52,371 nt of DNA. Source: Actinomycetes bacterium (GTDB taxonomy: Bacteria; Actinomycetota; Acidimicrobiia; Acidimicrobiales; Ilumatobacteraceae). This document shows positions 1 to 9,032 of the stretch, piece by piece (the first letter of the stretch is position 1; each line of letters starts with the position of its first letter). The notes below the pieces were generated by a model. That model was not told the DNA's origin. It saw nothing but the letters and a program-made list of their open reading frames with translations, and ran no database searches. The DNA lies in NCBI GenBank assembly GCA_031423915.1, contig JANPGL010000268.1, forward strand, positions 1 through 52,371, read 5' to 3'. The position numbers were made by a program, and so were the translations under genes.

Positions 1-349
1 GGAGCGACCGCAGGCGATCGAACAGGCCCGAGTCGGCGTCTTCCGCCACGCCGACGGCGCCGCCCGAGAAGAGGCCGCTCACACTGGCCAGCGCCGGGAT
101 GAGGAAGTCGACGTAACGCACCGGGCCAGTGGCGATGGCGCCGCCGAACACGAAGCGGAAGATGAGCAGGAACATGATCGACGTGACCGAGCTGACCACC
201 AGGAGCTGGGGCGTGCGGACGAACTGCAGGATGGTGCGGGTGGCGTAGGCCGACGCGGTCGTCCACACGCCGGGCGGCGAGGTGGGCGCGGTGACGGTGG
301 CGAGGCGAGGGGCAGGGGTGGGCGTCGGGGTGATCGTGGTGGCGTTCAT
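1..349 (-). CDS. ABC-2 type transporter permease (DrrB-like), N-terminal part only; gene runs off the left edge
   Basis: My translation of the minus strand from ATG at 349: MNATTITPTPTPAPRLATVTAPTSPPGVWTTASAYATRTILQFVRTPQLLVVSSVTSIMFLLIFRFVFGG... Hydrophobic TM segments are present. ATGA overlap with the stop (346-348) of the upstream ATPase gene. Confidence 0.75.
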   Translation of the reverse strand, partial: MNATTITPTPTPAPRLATVTAPTSPPGVWTTASAYATRTILQFVRTPQLLVVSSVTSIMFLLIFRFVFGGAIATGPVRYVDFLIPALASVSGLFSGGAVGVAEDADSGLFDRLRSL

Positions 350-1308
350 GCGGGGGCTCCGGTGAGGGTGAGGAACACGTCGTCGAGGGTGGGGCGGCGC
401 AGGCCGATGTCGTCGAGGGCGATGGCGCGGTCGGCCAGCAGGCGCATGGCGTCACCCAGGCGGGCGGTACCGTCGGCCACCGGAACGGTGATGCGTCGCC
501 CGGGCGTGTCGACGTGGGGTGCGTCGTCGCCCAGTGCGGCGAGGAGCTCGGCCGCGGCCGCCACGTCGGCGGCATGGGCGACGCGTACGTCGACCACGTC
601 GCGCCCGGCCCGCGCCTTCAGCTCGTTGGGGGTGCCGGTGGCGATGGCGCGCCCGTGGTCGATGATCACCACGTGGTCGGCCAGCTGGTCGGCCTCCTCC
701 AGGTACTGGGTGGTGAGCAGCACGTCGGTGCCGCCCTGCACCAGCGAGCGGATCGAGGCCCACAGCTCCATGCGCGTGCGGGGGTCGAGCCCGGTGGTCG
801 GCTCGTCGAGCAGCAGCAGCCGCGGCGCGCCCACCAGGCTGGCCCCCAGGTCGAGGCGACGGCGCATGCCCCCCGAGTAGCCCTTCACGGGGCGATCGGC
901 GTCGTCGGTGAGGCTGATCTCGTGGAGCACGACGTCGGCGGCGGCTCGGGCGGCACGACGATCGTGGCCGAACAGCCGGGCCACCATGACCAGGTTCTCG
1001 CGCCCGGTGAGCGTCGGCTCCACCGCGGCGGTCTGGCCGGCGAGCCCGATCACGCGCCGCACGGCGGCGGGGTCGGCCAAGGCGTCGATGCCGGCCACGC
1101 GCAGGGTGCCGCCGTCGGGCCGCATCAGGGTGGCGACGGCCCTCACGAAGGTGGTCTTGCCGGCGCCGTTCGGACCGAGGACGGCGGTGACCTTGCCGCT
1201 GGGGGCGATCAGGTCGAGGCCGGCCAGGGCATGGACGTCGCCGTAGTGCTTGGTGACGCCGACGGCCTCGATGGCCGGGGCGTCGGAATGGTGGGGTACC
1301 GGGCTCAT
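346..1308 (-). CDS. ABC transporter ATP-binding protein, DrrA/daunorubicin-resistance-like
   Basis: 320-aa ORF with Walker A GPNGAGKTT, signature YSGGMRRRL and Walker B LLLLDEPTTGLD. C-terminal regulatory domain is typical of DrrA-type ATPases. Confidence 0.93.
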   Translation of the reverse strand: MSPVPHHSDAPAIEAVGVTKHYGDVHALAGLDLIAPSGKVTAVLGPNGAGKTTFVRAVATLMRPDGGTLRVAGIDALADPAAVRRVIGLAGQTAAVEPTLTGRENLVMVARLFGHDRRAARAAADVVLHEISLTDDADRPVKGYSGGMRRRLDLGASLVGAPRLLLLDEPTTGLDPRTRMELWASIRSLVQGGTDVLLTTQYLEEADQLADHVVIIDHGRAIATGTPNELKARAGRDVVDVRVAHAADVAAAAELLAALGDDAPHVDTPGRRITVPVADGTARLGDAMRLLADRAIALDDIGLRRPTLDDVFLTLTGAPA

Positions 1309-1328
1309 GACGACCAGTGTGCACCGTG

Positions 1329-1353
1329 AACCTGGTCATCTCCTGACCAGGTT
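1329..1353. promoter_or_regulatory. Perfect 10+10 inverted repeat AACCTGGTCA-tctcc-TGACCAGGTT in the divergent ABC/WYL intergenic region; candidate operator
   Basis: Read directly. The arms are exact reverse complements. The repeat is centred in the 63-nt gap between starts at 1308 (minus) and 1372 (plus). Confidence 0.5.
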
Positions 1354-1371
1354 TCGTGCCACGATCACGAG

Positions 1372-2325
1372 GTGAGCGCCGATCGGCTCGTGGCCGTCCT
1401 CCTCGTGCTGCAGGCCCGCGGACGCGTCACCGCGGCCCAGTTGGCCGCCGAGCTCGAGGTGTCGGAGAAGACCGCCCGGCGCGACCTCGACGCGCTGGCC
1501 CGCGCCGGTGTCCCCGTCTACCCCCAGGTCGGCCGCAACGGTGGTTGGCAACTGCTCGGCGGCGCCCGCACCGACCTGAGCGGGCTCACGGCCAGCGAGG
1601 CCCGAGCCCTGTTCCTGGCCGCCGGCACGGCCAGCCTGCGGGCGACCGACGTGACCAGCGCCCTGCGCAAGCTCACGCAGGCCCTCCCGGCACCGTTCCG
1701 CGCCGAGGCCGAGGCCGCGGCGACGGCGGTGGTCGTCGACCCGACCGCGTGGGGGACCGCGGCCGTGCCGGAGCCGCCCCACCTCGACGCGCTCCAGCGC
1801 GCCGTCATCCAACGCCGCCGGATCGTGCTCGGCTACGTCGACCGCATGCGCAACCCCACGGAGCGCACGGTCGACCCGCTCGGCCTGGTGGCCAAAGGGC
1901 AGGCCTGGTACCTGCTGGCCGACACCGAGGCCGGCCGCCGGACGTTCCGGGTGAACCGCGTGCGATCGGTCGAGCTGACCGACGAACCGGCGATCCGCCC
2001 GGTCGGGTTCGACCTGGCCGCGGCGTGGCAGGACGTGGTCGACACGGTCGGCGAGCACCGCCTGCGTGTCCGGGCCACGGTCACCGTCGACCGGGCGCAC
2101 GTCCACGGCCTGCGGGGCCAGTTCGGGGCCGACATGCTGTTCGCCGAGCTCGACGGGGCGACCGACGATGGCCGCGTGCGGGTGATCGTGGGCGGTCCGA
2201 CCACGGCGATCGTGGCCCAGCACCTCGCCGGCTGGGGGGCGCTGGTCGAGGTGGACGAGCCCGACGAGGTCCGAGTCGAGCTCCGGCGCATCGGCCGCGA
2301 GCTGTCGCACGTCTACGGCGACTGA
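1372..2325 (+). CDS. HTH + WYL domain transcriptional regulator (YafY family)
   Basis: N-terminus MSADRLVAVLLVLQARGRVTAAQLAAELEVSEKTARRDLDALARAGVPV is DeoR/YafY-type wHTH. Central WYLLAD motif (GQAWYLLADTEAGRRTFRVNRV). GTG start. Confidence 0.88.
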   Translation: MSADRLVAVLLVLQARGRVTAAQLAAELEVSEKTARRDLDALARAGVPVYPQVGRNGGWQLLGGARTDLSGLTASEARALFLAAGTASLRATDVTSALRKLTQALPAPFRAEAEAAATAVVVDPTAWGTAAVPEPPHLDALQRAVIQRRRIVLGYVDRMRNPTERTVDPLGLVAKGQAWYLLADTEAGRRTFRVNRVRSVELTDEPAIRPVGFDLAAAWQDVVDTVGEHRLRVRATVTVDRAHVHGLRGQFGADMLFAELDGATDDGRVRVIVGGPTTAIVAQHLAGWGALVEVDEPDEVRVELRRIGRELSHVYGD

Positions 2326-2335
2326 CTTCGATTCC

Positions 2336-2478
2336 GGGCCCGGCCCGTCTCGTCGGTGCGACGGACGGGGCCGAGAACCCGGGCGGGCGGTCGGGGCCCG
2401 ACTCACGACGGCCTTCCAGGCCCGACGCGTCTCGTCGGTGCGTCGGACGGGGCGGAGAACGCGGGGCAGGCGGTGGGC
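2336..2478. repeat. Two ~60-nt direct repeat copies (2336-2395 and 2419-2478, period 83 nt, roughly 85% identical) between convergent gene ends
   Basis: Shared core GTCTCGTCGGTGCG(A/T)CGGACGGGGC(C/G)GAGAAC(C/G)CGGG seen by eye in both copies. Confidence 0.6.
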
Positions 2479-2479
2479 G

Positions 2480-3334
2480 TCAGCCCGCAGCGGTGGCGGT
2501 GGTGGTGGGCGCAGCGGTGGTCGGCGCCGGCGTGGTCGGCGGGGCCGTGGTCGGCGGCACGGTCGTCGGTGCCGGCGTCGTCGGGGTCGTCGGCGGGGTT
2601 GTCGCGGGGGGCGGCGTCGTGGCGACCGTCGGCGGCACGGTGGGCGCCACCGTGCGGGTCGTGGTGGTGCTCGCCCGCCGCACCGTCGTCGGCGTACCGA
2701 TCGCCGGCGCCCGCGTCGTGGTCGTGACGCGCACCGAACCGGCCGCCGTGGTCGACGACGCGGCGCTGGCGATGTCGGCGGTCACCGGCACGGCCAGCGT
2801 CGTCGACGACGTCGAGGTCGAGGTCGAGGTCGAGGTCGAGGTCGTACCAGCGGCGGACGTCGACGGCGCGGTGCCGGCGCGGCTCGCGCCGAGCTGGGCG
2901 AGGGCGGCCGCCACCGCGGCACCGGCGGTGCGCGTGGCCCCGGCGATCCCGCGGGCCGACGGGGCGTCGCCGGCCCGGATCCCGGCATCGAGCACCGCCG
3001 GGGTGCTGGTGGCCGCCGGCGACTCGGACGTGTCCACGGGGGAGCCCAGCGCGCCGGTGGCGGCCATGACGGCGGCGGCCACCCCGATGACGATCATCAT
3101 CGTCTCGACGGCGACGGCCACGGTCGAACCGTCCGCCTGGTGGGTGTCGTGCCAGACGGCTCGGCCCACGGTGACGAGCATCAGGCCGAAAAGCGGCCAC
3201 ACCACGGCGTGCAGCAACGGGTAGCCCGACCGAGCCACCGCCCACGCCAACACCACCGCGGTGGTGGCCGACACGGTGGCGTACCCGGCGCGCACCGCGG
3301 CCCCGTGCAGCCAGGCTGGTCCGCCGACCTCCAT
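2480..3334 (-). CDS. Hypothetical membrane protein with long Ser/Thr/Pro/Ala-rich C-terminal tail
   Basis: ATG at 3334 is preceded by a strong SD (GAAGGAGGTG, plus coords 3341-3350). The N-terminal ~95 aa has about 3 hydrophobic helices. The rest is low-complexity ([32 protein letters not shown]). The upstream part of the 419-aa ORF overlaps clpC and is not credible. Confidence 0.6.
   Translation of the reverse strand: MEVGGPAWLHGAAVRAGYATVSATTAVVLAWAVARSGYPLLHAVVWPLFGLMLVTVGRAVWHDTHQADGSTVAVAVETMMIVIGVAAAVMAATGALGSPVDTSESPAATSTPAVLDAGIRAGDAPSARGIAGATRTAGAAVAAALAQLGASRAGTAPSTSAAGTTSTSTSTSTSTSSTTLAVPVTADIASAASSTTAAGSVRVTTTTRAPAIGTPTTVRRASTTTTRTVAPTVPPTVATTPPPATTPPTTPTTPAPTTVPPTTAPPTTPAPTTAAPTTTATAAG
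2811..2844. repeat. Hexanucleotide microsatellite (GTCGAG) x5.7 inside the CDS, encoding (Thr-Ser)n on the minus strand
   Basis: Counted directly: five full units at 2811-2840 plus GTCG. Confidence 0.9.
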
Positions 3335-3464
3335 GCCCGTCACCTCCTTCCGATGTCGCCCGCATGCTACGAGCACGGTTGCTGCTTGCCACCGGCGGCC
3401 GGGCAGACGCGGCAGGGGCGGCGCCGCAGCGCCGCCCCCGTTCGCTCGTCTCGTGCCGCCCCGA

Positions 3465-6020
3465 CTACTCGGCGGGCGGGGTGGTCGGGCCGCTGCCCGC
3501 CAGCTCCGGTGTGGGCGGGGGCAGGAAGCCCTCGACCGACCGGAAGCAGATGTGCTGCTGACCCGGCTTGTCCGGATCCGGTTCGACGTCGACCACGATG
3601 ATCTCGCCGGCTCGGAAGTGCTTCGTGAGGATGCGCTCGGAGAGCTGGTCCTCGACCATTCGCTGGATCGCCCGGCGCAAGGGACGGGCACCGAGCAGCG
3701 GGTCGTAGCCCTTGTCGGCCAGGAAGGCCTTGGCCGCACTGGTGAGCTCGAGCCCGAGACCCTGGCTCGAGAGCTGGCCCTCGAGACGGCGGGTCATCAG
3801 GTCGACCATCTGCTCGACCTCGGCCTTCGACAACTCGTGGAACACGATGATGTCGTCGATGCGGTTGAGGAACTCGGGCCGGAAGTGGGCCTTGAGCGCG
3901 TCGTTGACCTTCTCCTTCATGCGCTCGTAGCTGACGGCCTCGTCGACCTTGGTGAAGCCGACGTTGGCCTTGCGCAGCTCCTGGGTGCCCAGGTTCGAGG
4001 TCATGATCAGGACGGTGTTGCGGAAGTCGACCGTGCGGCCCTGCGAGTCGGTGAGGCGCCCTTCCTCCAGGATCTGGAGGAGCGTGTTGAACACGTCGGG
4101 GTGGGCCTTTTCGATCTCGTCGAACAGCACCACCGAGAACGGCTTGCGCCGCACGGCCTCGGTGAGCTGGCCGCCTTCCTCGTAGCCCACGTACCCGGGG
4201 GGCGAACCCACCAGGCGGCTGACCGTGTGCTTCTCCATGTACTCCGACATGTCGAGCGCGATCAGCGAGCTCTCGTCGCCGAAGAGGAACTGGGCGAGCG
4301 TCTTGGCCAGCTCGGTCTTGCCCACGCCGGTGGGGCCCAGGAAGATGAACGAGCCCGACGGGCGCTTGGGATCCTTCAGGCCGGCGCGGGTGCGGCGGAT
4401 CGCCTGCGAGACCGCCTTGATGGCGTCCTCCTGGCCGATGACCCGCTTGTGCAGCTCGTCCTCCATGCGGAGGAGCTTCTGGGTCTCCTCCTCGGTGAGC
4501 TTGTACACCGGGATGCCGGTCCAGATCGAGAGCACCTCGGCGATGGCCTCTTCGTCGACCTCGTCGAACAGGTCGACGCCCGACGCCTTGATCTCGGCCT
4601 CGCGGCGGGCCTTCTCCTCCCGGATCGACTTCTCCTGGTCGCGGAGGCGGCCGGCCTCTTCGAAGCGCTGCTCCTCGACGGCCTGCTTCTTGCGGTTCTG
4701 CACCTCGGCGAGGCGGTTCTCCATCTCGCGCAGGTCGGGCGGGGCCTGCATGCGCTTGATGCGCAGGCGGCTGCCGGCCTCATCGATGAGGTCGATGGCC
4801 TTGTCGGGGAGGTGGCGGTCGGAGATGTACCGGTCGGCCAGGTTCGCCGCGGCCACCAGGGCCTGATCGGTGATCGTGACCCGGTGGTGGCTCTCGTACC
4901 GGTCGCGCAGGCCCTTGAGGATCTCGATGGTGTGGGCCACGGTGGGCTCCTCCACCTTGACCGGCTGGAAGCGGCGCTCGAGCGCCGCGTCCGTCTCGAG
5001 GTGCTTGCGGGACTCGTCGATCGTGGTGGCGCCCACGGTCTGGTGCTCGCCGCGGGCGGGCCTCGGCTTCAGGCTCGAGGCGGCGTCGATGGCGCCCTCG
5101 GCCGCACCGGCACCGACGAGGGTGTGGATCTCGTCGATGAACAGGATGATGTCGCCGCGGGTCTTGATCTCCTTGAGCACCTTCTTCAGGCGCTCCTCGA
5201 AATCGCCGCGGTAGCGGCTGCCGGCGACGAGTGCGCCCAGGTCGAGCGTGTACAGCTGCTTGTTGCGCAGCGTGTCCGGCACGTCGTTGGCCACGATCTT
5301 CTGGGCCAGGCCCTCGACGATGGCCGTCTTGCCGACGCCGGGCTCGCCGATGAGCACCGGGTTGTTCTTCGTGCGGCGGCTGAGGACCTGCATGACCCGC
5401 TCGAGCTCGCGGACGCGGCCGATGACCGGGTCGAGCTTCTTCTCGCGGGCGAGTTGGGTGAGGTTGCGACCGAACTGGTCGAGCACCGCCGAGCCCTGGT
5501 TGGCGGGCTCGTTGGCGCCGGCGGCCTGCGCGGCGCCCGACGTCGGCTGGGCGCCGGCCGTGGGCTCCTTGCCCTGCTGCTGGCCGTAGCCCGACAGGAG
5601 CTGGATGACCTGCTGGCGCACCCGGCTGAGGTCGGCACCCAACTTCACCAGCACCTGGGCGGCTACGCCCTCGCCCTCACGGATGAGGCCGAGGAGGATG
5701 TGCTCGGTGCCGATGTAGTTGTGGCCGAGCTGCAGGGCCTCGCGCAGCGAGAGCTCGAGCACCTTCTTGGCGCGGGGGGTGAAGGGGATGTGCCCCGAGG
5801 GTGACGAGCCGCCCTGCCCGATGATCTCTTCGACCTGGCGACGCACCGCCTCGAGGCTGATGCCGAGCGACTCGAGGGCCTTGGCGGCCACTCCTTCGCC
5901 TTCATGGATGAGACCGAGGAGAATGTGCTCGGTGCCGATGTAGTTGTGGTTGAGCAGGCGCGCTTCTTCTTGCGCCAGGACAACGACACGGCGAGCACGA
6001 TCGGTGAAGCGTTCGAACAC
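3465..6020 (-). CDS. clpC: ATP-dependent Clp protease ATP-binding subunit ClpC1
   Basis: [37 protein letters not shown]-domain repeats. Two AAA+ modules (GEPGVGKTA and GPTGVGKTE Walker A). UVR-like linker. The ORF opens at GTG 6032. I prefer GTG 6020 (giving MFERFTDRA) because AAGGTGG lies 8 nt upstream. Confidence 0.97.
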   Translation of the reverse strand: MFERFTDRARRVVVLAQEEARLLNHNYIGTEHILLGLIHEGEGVAAKALESLGISLEAVRRQVEEIIGQGGSSPSGHIPFTPRAKKVLELSLREALQLGHNYIGTEHILLGLIREGEGVAAQVLVKLGADLSRVRQQVIQLLSGYGQQQGKEPTAGAQPTSGAAQAAGANEPANQGSAVLDQFGRNLTQLAREKKLDPVIGRVRELERVMQVLSRRTKNNPVLIGEPGVGKTAIVEGLAQKIVANDVPDTLRNKQLYTLDLGALVAGSRYRGDFEERLKKVLKEIKTRGDIILFIDEIHTLVGAGAAEGAIDAASSLKPRPARGEHQTVGATTIDESRKHLETDAALERRFQPVKVEEPTVAHTIEILKGLRDRYESHHRVTITDQALVAAANLADRYISDRHLPDKAIDLIDEAGSRLRIKRMQAPPDLREMENRLAEVQNRKKQAVEEQRFEEAGRLRDQEKSIREEKARREAEIKASGVDLFDEVDEEAIAEVLSIWTGIPVYKLTEEETQKLLRMEDELHKRVIGQEDAIKAVSQAIRRTRAGLKDPKRPSGSFIFLGPTGVGKTELAKTLAQFLFGDESSLIALDMSEYMEKHTVSRLVGSPPGYVGYEEGGQLTEAVRRKPFSVVLFDEIEKAHPDVFNTLLQILEEGRLTDSQGRTVDFRNTVLIMTSNLGTQELRKANVGFTKVDEAVSYERMKEKVNDALKAHFRPEFLNRIDDIIVFHELSKAEVEQMVDLMTRRLEGQLSSQGLGLELTSAAKAFLADKGYDPLLGARPLRRAIQRMVEDQLSERILTKHFRAGEIIVVDVEPDPDKPGQQHICFRSVEGFLPPPTPELAGSGPTTPPAE

Positions 6021-6273
6021 AGGGAAAACCACCTTGTGAGGGACGGTGGGTGTGAAGGTCAGTGTATCGGGGCGCCTGGTCCACCAACGCGTCGGGAGAC
6101 CCGACCCTCACGGCCCGACCATACGGGCCGCCCGACCGGAACGGCCCACCGGGCGTCAGGACCGGGCGAGCGGCTCGATCCTGTGGTCAACGGCCCCGAA
6201 ACGACCGCCCGGCGTGACGAAGGGGTGACTTCCGTCCTCGGCGTTCTGTCCTACGCCCTTCTGTCGCGTAGCT

Positions 6274-7257
6274 TTGACGTCCGTGGCGACCTCTCCGCTG
6301 CTCGCCCTACCCACGATGGCGGCCGATCTCGAGCGGATCGAGGTGGCGCTCCGCCATGCCGTGCGGACGTCCGACGACTACTTGACCGAGATGGCCAGCC
6401 ATCTGATCGTCGCCGGAGGTAAGCGCCTGCGCCCGGTCATGGCGGTGAGCTCGGCGCTCACGGGCGGCGGCGAGGCCAGCGACGACGTGGTGCGGGGCGG
6501 CGTGTCGGTCGAGCTGGTCCACATCGGATCGCTCTACCACGACGACGTGATGGACGAGGCCGAGATGCGCCGCTCGGTGCCGAGCGTCAACGCCCGCTGG
6601 GGCAACCACCGGGCCATCTTGTCGGGTGACTTCCTGCTGGCCCGGGCGTCGGAGATCGCCGCCAGCCTGGGCGCCGAGGTGGCCGGCCTCCTCGGCGCCA
6701 CCATCGCCCGCCTGGTCGAAGGCCAGATCTCGGAGCTGCGCACCCAGTACGACCCCAGCCGTCCCGAGCTCGAGTACCTGTTCTCGATCGAAGGGAAGAC
6801 GGCGTCGCTGTTCTCGGCGGCGGCGCGCATCGGCGGCATCGTCGCCGGTCTACCGCGCCACCAGATCGATGCCCTCACCGAGTTCGGTCTGGCCTACGGC
6901 ATGGTGTTCCAGGTGGTCGACGACATCCTCGACCTGACCGCCACCGAGGCCCAGCTGGGCAAGCCGGCCGGCCACGACATGGTGGAGGGGGTGTACACGC
7001 TGCCCGTGCTCCACACGCTGGCCGCCGGTGGCGCCGCGGCCGGCGAGCTGCGCGACCTGCTCGGGTCGCCGCTGGCCGGCGTGGCCCTCGACAAGGCGCT
7101 GGCGCTCGTGCGCGCCGGCGACGGCATCGCCTCGGCGCGGGCGACGGCCCGCACCTACGCGGAGCGAGGCGCGGCGGCCGCCGCATCGCTGCCCGAGTCG
7201 GCCGCCAGCACGGCGCTGGCCCAGGCGGGGTACGCCCTCATCGAGTCGCTGGGCTGA
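6274..7257 (+). CDS. Polyprenyl diphosphate synthase (trans-IPPS family)
   Basis: First DDxxD motif is LYHDDVMDE; the second is FQVVDDILDL; GGKRLRP is also present. Start is uncertain (TTG 6274, GTG 6283 or ATG 6316). Confidence 0.9.
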   Translation: MTSVATSPLLALPTMAADLERIEVALRHAVRTSDDYLTEMASHLIVAGGKRLRPVMAVSSALTGGGEASDDVVRGGVSVELVHIGSLYHDDVMDEAEMRRSVPSVNARWGNHRAILSGDFLLARASEIAASLGAEVAGLLGATIARLVEGQISELRTQYDPSRPELEYLFSIEGKTASLFSAAARIGGIVAGLPRHQIDALTEFGLAYGMVFQVVDDILDLTATEAQLGKPAGHDMVEGVYTLPVLHTLAAGGAAAGELRDLLGSPLAGVALDKALALVRAGDGIASARATARTYAERGAAAAASLPESAASTALAQAGYALIESLG

Positions 7258-7262
7258 CCGTC

Positions 7263-8051
7263 GTGCCCGTCGCGTCGGTGCCCGGGGCGACGCTGAACTA
7301 CGAGCTGATGGGCGCCGGGCCGCGCGTGCTGGTCGTCAACGGCACGGGATCCGACCTGCGCAAGAAGCCGAACGTGCTCGACGGGCCGATCGTGACGCGG
7401 TGCGAGGTCCTGACGTACGAGCACCGCGGCCTCGGCCGTAGCCGCGCCACGGACCTCGACGCCCAACCGACGATGACCGACTTCGGCGTCGACGCGCTGG
7501 CGTTGGCCGACGCGCTCGGCTGGGACCGCTTCGCGCTGCTGGGCATCTCATTCGGCGGGATGGTGGCGCAGCACACGGCGCTGGCCGGCGGCGACCGCAT
7601 CACCCGGCTCGTGCTGGCCTGCACCTCGGCCGGCGGGGCCGGTGGCGCGTCGGCGCCCCTCCACGAGCTCTACCCGCTCACCGATCCGACGCGCATCGCC
7701 CGGATGGTGGCCTACAGCGACGTGCGCACCGAGAACGACGAGCGCCGCCGGGCCGGCCTGATCGAGTTCATGACCGGCGCCACGGCGGCCGACGATCCGG
7801 CCACCTATCCGGGCCTGGCCAAGCAGCTGGAGGCCCGCCGCCACCACGACACGTGGGACCGGCTGCCCGGCCTGCAGGTCCCCACCCTGGTGGCCGCCGG
7901 GCGGCACGACGGCATCGCCCCGCTGGCCAACGCCGTGGCGCTGGCCGCGCGCATCCCCGGCGCCGGGCTGCAGGTGTTCGAAGGCGGCCACGTGTTCTTC
8001 CTCGAGGACCGCACCGCCTGGCCCGCCATGATCGACTTCCTGGTGGCCTGA
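7263..8051 (+). CDS. Alpha/beta fold hydrolase
   Basis: 262-aa ORF with a nucleophile elbow GISFGG, a C-terminal GGH, and typical length and architecture. Confidence 0.8.
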   Translation: MPVASVPGATLNYELMGAGPRVLVVNGTGSDLRKKPNVLDGPIVTRCEVLTYEHRGLGRSRATDLDAQPTMTDFGVDALALADALGWDRFALLGISFGGMVAQHTALAGGDRITRLVLACTSAGGAGGASAPLHELYPLTDPTRIARMVAYSDVRTENDERRRAGLIEFMTGATAADDPATYPGLAKQLEARRHHDTWDRLPGLQVPTLVAAGRHDGIAPLANAVALAARIPGAGLQVFEGGHVFFLEDRTAWPAMIDFLVA

Positions 8052-8060
8052 CGGCCCGCG

Positions 8061-9032
8061 CTACTCGAGCGCCGCGGTGATGGCCGCGGCGGCGGCCCAG
8101 CCCGAGCGCAACGCGCCCTCGACGCGGGGGCCGGCGAACGCGTCGCCGGCGAGCACGAACGGGGCACCGGACGGGGCGATCCAGCACGGGTCGTCCCACG
8201 TGCGGACCGGGGTGGCGAAGCGCCAGCGCTTCAGCTGGCGCTCCACGATGCGGGCCGAGCCCAGCCACGGCGCGGCCGCAGCGACCAGTGCGTCGAGCGT
8301 CTCGTCGTGGGGCCGCTCCCACCACTCGAGCGACCAGGCCGCGTTGGCATGCATCGTCACGGCCGGCACGGGGCTCACACCCTTGGCCATGTTGTCGACG
8401 ATCATCGAGAAGACGGGGTCGCCGTGCTGCACCGCGCCGGGCGCCGGGATGGCCGGAGGTCCGTCGAGCACCGCCAGCAGTGCCAGGGTGCGCTCGTAGT
8501 CGATGCGGATCAGGTCGCGGGGCAGCTCGGCGCCGGTGGTGATGGCGATCGAGAACGACTGAGGTACGGGCGCGGTGGCGATGACCGCATCGGCCTCGAC
8601 TACGGACGCGTCGTCGAGCACCACGGCCCACCCCCGCTCCTCGCCCGGGCGCAGCGCGAACACCAGCGACGAGCAGCGCACGTCGAGCCCGGTCGCCAGC
8701 GACTTGGCCAGCGCGTTCATGCCGCCCCGCACGGCGTAGCGCGGGTAGCCGTCGGCCTCGGGGCCGAAGCCGCGCGACCACTCGAACACCAGGCCCTCGG
8801 CGAGCCAACGCTCGACCCGGGCCGCCAGCTCGGGGGTGCGCACCGTGAAGAACTGGGCGCCGTGATCGAACACGGCGTCGCCGATGCGGCGCGTCGCCAT
8901 GCGACCGCCAGGCGACCGGCCCTTGTCGAACAGCACCACCTCGTGCCCCACGTCGCGCAGCGCGCCGGCCGCGGCCAGGCCCGCCAGGCCGGCCCCCACG
9001 ACGGCCACCCGCGTCCCCGCGGCCGGGCTCAC
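8061..9032 (-). CDS. NAD(P)/FAD-dependent oxidoreductase (amine-oxidase/renalase-like)
   Basis: GTG 9032 gives VSPAAGTRVAVVGAGLAGLAAAGAL (GxGxxG), followed by FDKGRSPGGRM. GTGA overlap with the upstream gene stop. The remainder of the 564-aa ORF is read-through of the upstream gene region. Confidence 0.85.
   Translation of the reverse strand: MSPAAGTRVAVVGAGLAGLAAAGALRDVGHEVVLFDKGRSPGGRMATRRIGDAVFDHGAQFFTVRTPELAARVERWLAEGLVFEWSRGFGPEADGYPRYAVRGGMNALAKSLATGLDVRCSSLVFALRPGEERGWAVVLDDASVVEADAVIATAPVPQSFSIAITTGAELPRDLIRIDYERTLALLAVLDGPPAIPAPGAVQHGDPVFSMIVDNMAKGVSPVPAVTMHANAAWSLEWWERPHDETLDALVAAAAPWLGSARIVERQLKRWRFATPVRTWDDPCWIAPSGAPFVLAGDAFAGPRVEGALRSGWAAAAAITAALE

Noticed and set aside
2811-2844. 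Tandem repeats (2811-2844, 27438-27465, 30143-30169, 11600-11650) checked as possible CRISPR arrays.
   Set aside because: The units are 6-9 nt with no spacers. Three of the four lie inside CDSs, encoding TS, poly-Asp or TTP tracts.
3430-3480. Partial similarity of the clpC 3' end to the 2336/2419 direct repeats (GTCTCGT...GGCGGGCGG..GGTCGGG).
   Set aside because: It lies inside the clpC coding frame (…[10 protein letters not shown]). The similarity is short and G/C-biased, so it is probably compositional.
3261-5804. 847-aa plus-strand ORF antisense to clpC. Similar long antisense ORFs occur at 1336-2406, 15567-17141, 20295-21314, 22466-24301, 34946-36448, 37049-38338, 40993-42996 and 48624-50345.
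   Set aside because: Their Arg/Gly/Ala/Pro-rich, motif-free translations are typical of stop-codon-poor alternative frames in ~70% GC DNA. Each lies opposite a gene with unambiguous family motifs.
6033-6273. 241-nt region upstream of clpC screened for tRNA, ClgR or SigH-type elements.
   Set aside because: No tRNA-like T-arm (GGTTCGA) was found, and no convincing GGAAT-N18-GTT or ClgR palindrome by eye. It is left unannotated.
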